DNA of 64,000 nt, from contig CALSCP010001345.1 of the NCBI GenBank assembly GCA_943704425.1, forward strand, positions 78,370 through 142,369, written 5' to 3'. Under the pieces are notes generated by a model. It made no database searches, had not been told where the DNA came from, and worked only from the letters and a program-made list of their open reading frames with translations. The translations under genes were made by a program, and so were the position numbers. Source of the DNA: Ministeria vibrans ATCC 50519 (Eukaryota > Protista > Filasterea). Shown piece by piece: positions 50,499-64,000 of the stretch (position 1 is its first letter; the number at the start of each line of letters is the position of its first letter).

Positions 50499-51200
50499 CG
50501 CGCTCACGGCGGTGGGTCTGCGGTGTTGTGACCGAGTGCGTCCACTACATACTGGTGAAGAACATAAAGATCAAGAGGCAGCTGAGCAGGAAAGCCCTCC
50601 AGCACGACACGAACACGACACCACCGTAGCAGATGTTCTTGTGCCTGATCGAGTGGAGGTTGTCGTATAGCGCGACGGGTGCGCCAACAACCAGCGCAAT
50701 GTCGCCTTGATGTGTATGTCGCGGTTCGCGTTACGCGCTCGACCTCGTCCTGCACCTCGCCAAGGGCCGCCAGACGCCATCCTGTTTGCTGTGGTGTGGT
50801 GTCCGGTTGGCGAAGCACAACAGCGTACGGCGAAATGGTCAGATTGCCTTCCTCAACGTTGTTGATGGCGCGTCGGACCAAATCGAGACGCGTTTTATCT
50901 GCGTCGCGACACGAACAAAAGAACGACGAATCAGGGCACTGCTAATACCTACTGTCCGTGTGCGTACCAGTGGCACGCTAGGGTGCTTCGCTGCCAGCCG
51001 CAGCCGACGCCATTGTGACTGGAGTGTTTTGTGTGTCGGAACAAAGATAAAACAAACAAAGTAAGACACAATAATTATATAATCAAAAGCACAACTGACC
51101 TCGAGAGAGCGCAGTGTGTCCTTCTGATTGGTACGCCGGATTGAACACGATCGTCATGTAATACTTGGCGTCGGCCCATGGCTCCTCTTCGTCAGCAGTG
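50499..51200 (-). pseudogene. Decayed paralog of the 40859-41135 fragment (contains direct repeat copy 2)
   Basis: Shares ICY-G-V...EGFPAQLPLDLYVLH-YVVDALGHNTADPPP* but has an 8-nt frameshifting insertion near 50610. Upstream spliceable segments contain in-frame TAG/TAA. Confidence 0.5.
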
Positions 51201-51779
51201 TGTGTTGCGACTGTCTCATATCAAAGACGGAAAAAAACGAGACAAATGCAAAGTGTTCAGTGAGGAGAAAAGACATTTGACAAACATTACTGTCGTCGCA
51301 CGGATATGGTGGCTGAACAGTACAAATGGGCACTGTGTAGCCTGGCGACAGGCGTCGTTCGTCCAACGAGCTGCTATCGACGGATTCCTAGAGAGTGTTT
51401 TGTGTCGAGCTTCAATTTCTTCTGTTCTTGTGAGAAGAACGCCGTTGAGTTTGCTTTCGAGGTGGAGACGGCACGGGAGAGACACTCCGGCTGAGACGCG
51501 TGGTCGTCCGTTGGCAACGACATGACTGGAGCAATGAAAATTCGCTGAAATTCACTGTTCACTGTGATGTAACTTTATCAATGATCACTCTGGGGAAGAG
51601 GTCTCATGAACTTTACTCGATGGGATATATGTATGTCTGTATGTCTGTGTGTTTGTGTGTCTTAGTGTCTGTCTCTCTCGGCTATTTACTCGTTGGTTTA
51701 GACTTTCTGCTTAGAGAGATCGTACTCAAAGACTCAATTCAGTCAATGTTTTGTTTTTCCTTTTTGGCTTTATATCACC

Positions 51780-56566
<4,787 letters not shown>

Positions 56567-56707
56567 TTATCAGTATGCTTTGTTTTCGATTCATTTTGCT
56601 TTCAACAATGAATACTGTTTTATCGTCCTGTTGCTTTTTGTTCCCTTTTCTCATTTAATAAAATTATTATTATTAAGTATTATTATTATTCAACCTTTCA
56701 TCTTTAT

Positions 56708-58160
<1,453 letters not shown>

Positions 58161-58523
58161 TAGTGATTAGTATTTAGTCAAGTCTGAACTCAGCAAAATT
58201 TTAATGATTATTTTCATGAGACTAGACTGCAACAGATTAATAATGCTTACCCGAGAGTCAAATTGTACATTAAGTCATAAGAAGGGTTAAATCAAAGAGA
58301 GTGAGAGAGAGAGGTAAATGACACAAAGACACATTATGTGAGTGTAAAAGTGTGCGTGAGTCATCATTCAATGAGTAGTGAGTCAACGAACGACCAATGA
58401 GGCGATGGCCACTCCAGCTCAAAACAAACGAAAAAAAATTCCAATAATAAATTAATATTATTAATAATTTTATTATTTAATTTTTATTAATGATACAAAA
58501 AACATACAGATCTCGAGTGTCGT

Positions 58524-59130
58524 TTACTTTTTGCGCTTTTGAGGGACACACAAGTGATCGATGGCAATGGCAATGAGCACAAAGAGAAGCGAGTCGTTGC
58601 CCTGGCCCACCTGCACGCCATACTCTTCGTCCTGCTCAACCTGCCAGTGCCTTCGCGACACCACCCCGACCAGCTCGCCAGAGCGGTTGCAGATGTGGTA
58701 TTCCCGCTCGCTCAGCTGTCCGCTCATGGTGAATTCTTGTTTGCCGTTGGTCAGTCGTGCGACCGCAGATACACTCGTGCCTACACTTGGGTGCAAGGTG
58801 AGCCATGTTGGAACGTGAGGGGAAAGGGGTGCACTATTCCCATGCACTTGCTCGGTTACCGTGTCCCTTCACCAGCCCAAAGATGGAGTGCGGCTCTTTC
58901 TTGCCCGCCTCAAATATCTTCTCCCACTTGACCATAGAGCACAGCTCGTTGCCGCGCGCATCCTCCAGAGCGACCCTCTCCAGTTTGCTGAGCAGACCCT
59001 TTCTGCGCAATACAATGCGAATTTCAAGACTGTCGTGCTCATTCGTCAGCACCAGCGGGGCAGTGCCATGCACCAGAAGCCCCTGTCGAAGGGGAAGGCG
59101 CCAGACGGTGTGCCGGTGGGCAATGTAGCT

Positions 59131-59165
<35 letters not shown>

Positions 59166-59427
59166 TCAAAACAGGCGGAATTTGACGTGTGCCTTCGTAC
59201 GGCGTATTTGGGTCGGGAACGAGCGAAAACCGTGTGTTGTGTTGGGCCACAGGTAGCGTGGTGGGTGCTGCGTCGGACTCCATGAGACGCAGAGCCCCAG
59301 CGGCGTCGAGAGCTCCGCGTTTCCGATGTTCCGTCGCCATGGTTGCCATCGACGGCGCCTCGTCGTAGTCGCCCTCGTCATCGACGCCCGTCCCCTGCCC
59401 TGTCAAGTCTAAATGGTCTGCATCCAT
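58524..59427 (-). CDS. LURP-one-related / Tubby-C scramblase-fold protein, about 3 exons
   Basis: LEDARGNELCSM, FTMSGQLSEREYHI, GELVGVVSRRHW...YGVQVGQGNDSLLFVLIAIAID. Confidence 0.75.
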
Positions 59428-59763
59428 TTTGAGGGTGATGGATATGTAAAAAATTAAAAAAAATGTGGAAAAATTCAATGGCAAAGAGAGAATATCAAAA
59501 AAAAAAGATTATTGTGTCAGGTAGGTGAGTCATCTTGTCTGATGATTCGTATGTCAGACATTTAGTGAGAGATATGGAATTGAGGATCACTGTTGTATCG
59601 GACATGTTAAGGTCATGAGACACAATAGGAATAATAGTACGTCTTTACTTTATGTTTGATGATTTCATGGGAATTTTATTGCGTGTCTGGTTCTGAAAGT
59701 TTCGTTTTACTCTTATAACTTATTGTCCTCTCGCATAATAATCTTGGTATAGGACTGATATTA

Positions 59764-61248
59764 TTATGATAATACAACGGACAAATCAGCAGTCACATTT
59801 GGAGGAAACTCAGCGGAGGATAATGATTGGTTGGAATCATCAGATAGTGTGGGAAACACCGTGAGCGACGCAATGCGAGTGAGATGAGCGGGCAATGCAA
59901 CTGACTCCACAAATGCACCGTTCATCTTTTTCCCCTTTTTTCGTCGCTTTGATTTTTCCGATTCTTCCGCTGAGTCTTTTGAGTGGAGCGGATGAATAGT
60001 CAGAGTGTGTGTGCGATAAAGTGTGATGGGAATTCCATCGCTCAGTGCAATGTGAAGCGGACGAGCTGCACTGAATGGGACAGAAAGCAGTGCGTTGAAC
60101 GGAACACAGAATGTTTGTGTGTCACTCTGCTCCGTCTTTGACGCACTGTTCTTCTTCTTTGAGATCTTTTTTGGCTTAAGCAGCGCAGGAGGACCTTCGG
60201 GAGTGACAAGATGTACTTGAGGGGTTGGCACAGCGAGTGCGCCGTTGTAGAGAAAGAGATCGAGTGCGTATGAGACAGTGATTGACGTGCGGTATTTGCT
60301 CCAGCCCATGGCAAGTGCGCGGCCCTTTACGAGAGATTGCAGACGCGCTGTGTGGAGGTCGGGATTACCGTCTGTGGTAGAGGTGCAGAGCGAGAGAGGG
60401 GTTGGAATGGAGGAGGAGTCGGGCTCGGTGATGGTGAGTTTGGAGAGGGAGACGGTGAGTGTCGCGTGTGGAGGGGAATGTTCTGTGTCAATATGGGACA
60501 CGTTTTCTTCTGTTGTGATGCGGCAGTCGTCGAGAACTTGAAGGGAGAGTGGCGTGAGACGCAAAATGGTGCGTGAGCGGTAGCAGGGCCAGACCGAGAG
60601 AGGATTGCCGGCGAGTGAGAGGATCTTCAAGTTGGGAAGACAACCGAGGGCTTTGAGGGTCTCGTCGAGATTGTCGAGCTGGCACGACGAGGCGTCGAGC
60701 GAGACGAGCGTGTGCCAGCAGGGAGCACTGGGGGGCTCAAACTGCGTGGCGAGTGAGGTGATGGGACAAAAGGGCACTCCCAAGTGTTTGAGGTTGGCGG
60801 TGGCGAGAGTGCGCAGGGCTGACAGGGGGTTCGCGCCGAGATGCAGACTCTCAAGCCGGGGCGGAAGGTCGTCGGCCTGCACGCTTGCAAGCTGGTTGCC
60901 GGCGAGCGACAGGTCTGTGGTGTTTTCAAGGGGAGCCAAGGAGTGGGTCGCGGCGAGAGAGCCAATGTTGCGATTGTGCAGTCTCAATTCTGCAAACGCT
61001 GCGAATAGCTCGTCGTGCGAAAAGGACTCGCCTTCATGCCATCGTCTGAGAAGATCGGGAAGAATGGGGCTCCAGGTGAGATCGAGCTCGTCGACGGGGA
61101 GTGCGTCTGAGTGTTCCTGTGAGAGAAACCACAAAAAAAAAAAAGGGGGGTTGCTAAGCAACCAGAATTGCTCATTCAAAATGCGTACTACTGTGTTGTT
61201 TGGCGTGATTCCCGTTGTGCGGTGGAGGAGCGATAGAAGGGTGTCCAT
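59764..61248 (-). CDS. Leucine-rich repeat protein, LRRC43-like
   Basis: LSLAGNQL, DLPPRLESLHLGANPL, LVSLDASSCQL, LKILSLAGNPLSVWPCYR...LQVLDDCRIT (LRRcap), followed by a Lys-rich C-terminal region. Confidence 0.7.
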   Translation of the reverse strand: MDTLLSLLHRTTGITPNNTVVRILNEQFWLLSNPPFFFLWFLSQEHSDALPVDELDLTWSPILPDLLRRWHEGESFSHDELFAAFAELRLHNRNIGSLAATHSLAPLENTTDLSLAGNQLASVQADDLPPRLESLHLGANPLSALRTLATANLKHLGVPFCPITSLATQFEPPSAPCWHTLVSLDASSCQLDNLDETLKALGCLPNLKILSLAGNPLSVWPCYRSRTILRLTPLSLQVLDDCRITTEENVSHIDTEHSPPHATLTVSLSKLTITEPDSSSIPTPLSLCTSTTDGNPDLHTARLQSLVKGRALAMGWSKYRTSITVSYALDLFLYNGALAVPTPQVHLVTPEGPPALLKPKKISKKKNSASKTEQSDTQTFCVPFNALLSVPFSAARPLHIALSDGIPITLYRTHTLTIHPLHSKDSAEESEKSKRRKKGKKMNGAFVESVALPAHLTRIASLTVFPTLSDDSNQSLSSAEFPPNVTADLSVVLS

Positions 61249-61489
61249 GAGGAATAAAAGATTGATTTCTAATAAATTTTGTAATGAGATGGTAGAAACT
61301 TCATTTGACTGCACTAATAGTATTGCCGTTTCCCCCTCTTTCTCTTTGGGCTCTCTTTCCGGCAAAATAGTACACTACAAATCCGAGACAGACAATCACA
61401 AGTGAAGGGAGTTTCTCAATAAATCCTTCGCCTACAAAACAATAGAGAGAAAGTGAGTTGAGTAAAAAGTTGGACTCTATCAAAGGATT

Positions 61490-63390
61490 ATTTTCTCGTT
61501 TTAGAAAGAGACTGAATAAACCCAATCAATAAAACTACCCAATAGACAGCCTGAACCAAAATATGAATAAAAATACGAATAAAAATATGAATAAAAATAA
61601 TCGTAAATATAATAATAACAATCATAATAAATTCTCACGAATGCGAAATGTTCACAGGAAAACAATATACGACACACATTAGGCTCTCTCTCTCGTCTCA
61701 GTCATCCGTACCAAACAACAGTGCAACGCTCACAATGGTCACCACTCGAAATGCCAGTTGGAGCATTCCCACAAAAAAAGCACTTTGCTCAATCACTAAA
61801 AGTGTTTTCACCTAACACACAAAATACAAAAAAACCAATGTTTTCCGTCCGTTTCAGTCGGTTCTGTCGATTATTATGGCTTGTTTCTCTTACGACCAAA
61901 CCGGAAGTTTTACAAAATATGACTCCAAAATACAAAAGGTACAAGTTTCGAACATTCACTCTAAAAGAAAAACAGCGAAAAAAAAATCAACAATCAATAA
62001 AAACAATTAATGTGTGTGTCTTACTCAGTCGGAATATCAAAGGGCTCTACAAGAAAAGTAAAAAAAAAAATTGTCAATAATCATACAATAAACATTGAAT
62101 TTCTGACCTTGAGAGAGAAAGATGAATAAACAAATGACACCAAAAGCACAAAAGGTATTTATAAATTCAGCTGAAATCGCATTCCAAAGAGGAGAGGCTT
62201 GACGGGAATTCTAAGTACACATAACACAAAAACACAAAAACATTACAATAATATTATTATAATAATTATAATAATAATAATAATAATTATTATTATTATG
62301 ATAATTGTTGATACCTCCGTTTTTGTCGCTCTGAGTTTCTGCGAAAGAACCGACTGAAGTGCATTTGCAAGACCGCTCAAGAGAGAAAAGATAAAAGGAC
62401 GAAGAGTGTGCCATTGGGTGGTCGGTGTGCTGATATCGTCTGTCGAGGGGATCGGTGCGAGACCGCTAAGGGTCGAGAAAATGCTTCCAGCGAGCACAAG
62501 ACACATTGCCTGTCAATGAATGTGATGCAATAATATTATGAGTGTGTTCAAAGTCCTTCTGATGATCGCGCTCCTTACGATGATGTGAAGTCTGTTAAAT
62601 ACTTGATTGAGTAGAATGCGGGAAAGGAGCGCGTTGAAGAGAATGGATAGTGACCCAATGAGATGGTAAACACTCCCTTGTGCATACTGCAGACCTTTCC
62701 GTCACAATTACATAAATGAAGAAGAAGAAGGTCATAATAATTATTATAAATATTAGAAGAAGAAGAAGACATTTCCAATTTATAATAATATTATTATAAG
62801 GAGACAAGTCACTTATAAGGAGAGACAACACAATCATAATGAGAAGTGAGATGAAAACACTAAACACACTTGTTTTTGTTATTGGTGTTTTTTCTGCGTT
62901 ACCCAGCGCCATAAACACTGTATAGGCTGTGGCAGCGGCCACTAGAAGTGCGTAGAGAGCGGGGCGGGCGCGTACGGCCGCAACAAGCGCCTGTGCGACT
63001 CGCACGGGCGCATGCCGCCCCTCCTCCCTCCCCAGCGCAGCCAGGCCCGCAAAGAGCAGCGGAAACCCGCTGTTCAGCACCAGTGCCATCAGCCATGGCT
63101 CGCGCACGCCTAGTTTCACTGTCACAAGCTGAGAATATAAAAACCAACGTTGAAAAGTCAAAAGATCAAAAGTTCAACAGCGAAAAGAAACACACTTTTT
63201 CACCCCCACCCCCGACAAAGAACAAGGTGATCAGCTGTAACAAAGGGGTGGGCGCTCCGTGAAAGCCAGATTGTTCGTGGTTTGATTTGAAGAAGAGATT
63301 CGATTTGAGTAACTTTACCTTTTGAAATATAGTCACGAGTCCAAATACCCCAATGTACACGAGTGAGCCAGCCACTACAAGCGTAGACAT
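61490..63390 (-). CDS. Multi-pass membrane protein, drug/metabolite transporter (EamA/purine-permease-like); 3' end approximate
   Basis: Hydrophobic exons, including WLMALVLNSGFPLL and GSVYHLIGSLSILFNALLSRILLNQVFNRLHI, the latter typical of DMT helices. Confidence 0.55.
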
Positions 63391-63684
63391 GGCTAAAGCA
63401 CTCTAAGAAGGGGTGAACCGTGAAACAAACAAATAATAAGAAAATTATTCAAAAATCCAATTTCCAATGATCAATGATCAATGAATTATGAAACACGATG
63501 AACTTGTTCAGCAGTGAAAACTAGTCTGAGTAAACTCGCTAAAGACTATCTAGAATCCTGAATCTTCAATCTAGATAAATTGTGGTAGAGTCAAGAGTCA
63601 TCGGATCTCAAAACTCAGAATAGGTTGAATCAAAATTATTTGTACATTTTCCAAACCCAATCATCCAATCTCTCTGTGTCTCTC

Positions 63685-63720
<36 letters not shown>

Positions 63721-63770
63721 CTTTGCGATCTGCCTCCTCCTCCCTCTCGCGGCACCGCCCCCCCCCCAGC

Positions 63771-63929
63771 ATGCTTCGCCATGCCCTTCTGCGCGCCCCC
63801 CTGCGCCTCCTGCGTCTCCAGCGGCCCTTCCACGGCGCAACATTTGAAACGCGCCTCAGAGAAGCACGCGATCCCCTCCTCGACATCTCTCTGCCCCAAT
63901 ACGTCGCCCTCGTGCGCAACCTTGACTTG
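63771..63929 (+). CDS. First exon of a gene running off the window; Arg/Leu-rich N-terminus suggests a mitochondrial presequence
   Basis: MLRHALLRAPLRLLRLQRPFHG... followed by a GTATGA donor and a (CT)n intron. Confidence 0.5.
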
Positions 63930-63953
63930 GTATGACCCGCGTGCCGCACTCTC

Positions 63954-63998
<45 letters not shown>

Positions 63999-64000
63999 CT

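Noticed and set aside
49530-51445. Inverted QEQKKLK peptide similarity (~49545 plus, ~51430 minus) as possible terminal inverted repeats
   Set aside because: The match is short and purine-rich, and the flanks do not align.
59129-59200. Second GC-AG intron in the LURP-one gene (AAG|GCACAC)
   Set aside because: A canonical GT donor 8 nt upstream (CC|GTACGA) gives the correct phase.

Overview
Gene-dense eukaryotic nuclear DNA from an intron-rich, flagellated protist. An Amorphea/holozoan-like affinity is inferred from gene content only (spectrin-like protein, MEKK2/3, XXYLT1, CFAP96, LRRC43). It has a standard genetic code, short GT-AG introns, microsatellite-filled introns and intergenic DNA, and several N-gaps. 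About 21 protein genes can be modelled by hand. In order they are: a small secreted protein, CFAP96/C4orf47, an orphan WASP-type VCA protein, a DDHD/SEC23IP-like phospholipase, a SPATA22-like OB-fold protein, a secreted EGF+FG-GAP protein, a Pro/His-rich protein, a PB1-MAP3K, DUF302, a secreted DUF285/BspA-type protein, XXYLT1-like GT8, a tropinone-reductase-like SDR, a ~4,360-aa spectrin/actinin-like giant, a triple zinc-finger-repeat protein, NEDD8, a ~1,650-aa dynamin-like GTPase, an orphan, a myristoylated multi-cNMP-binding protein, HTATIP2, a LURP-one-like protein, LRRC43 and a DMT transporter. Five observations stand out. (1) One polypeptide joins a beta-spectrin/actinin-type actin-binding head to an alpha-spectrin-type EF-hand tail through ~30 spectrin repeats, resembling the hypothesised unsplit spectrin ancestor. 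(2) Two otherwise unrelated secreted proteins share a cubilin-N-like leader and the same intron position, one of them carrying a bacterial-type cargo. (3) A ~10-kb block bounded by direct repeats holds a dynamin-like GTPase with a possible pseudo-OTU tail plus decayed paralogs. (4) There are two unannotated, densely base-paired RNA candidates, one RNase MRP-like and one inside a NEDD8 intron. (5) An orphan Arp2/3-activator-like protein is present. All family calls come from recalled motifs; no searches were run, and exon boundaries are hand-derived.
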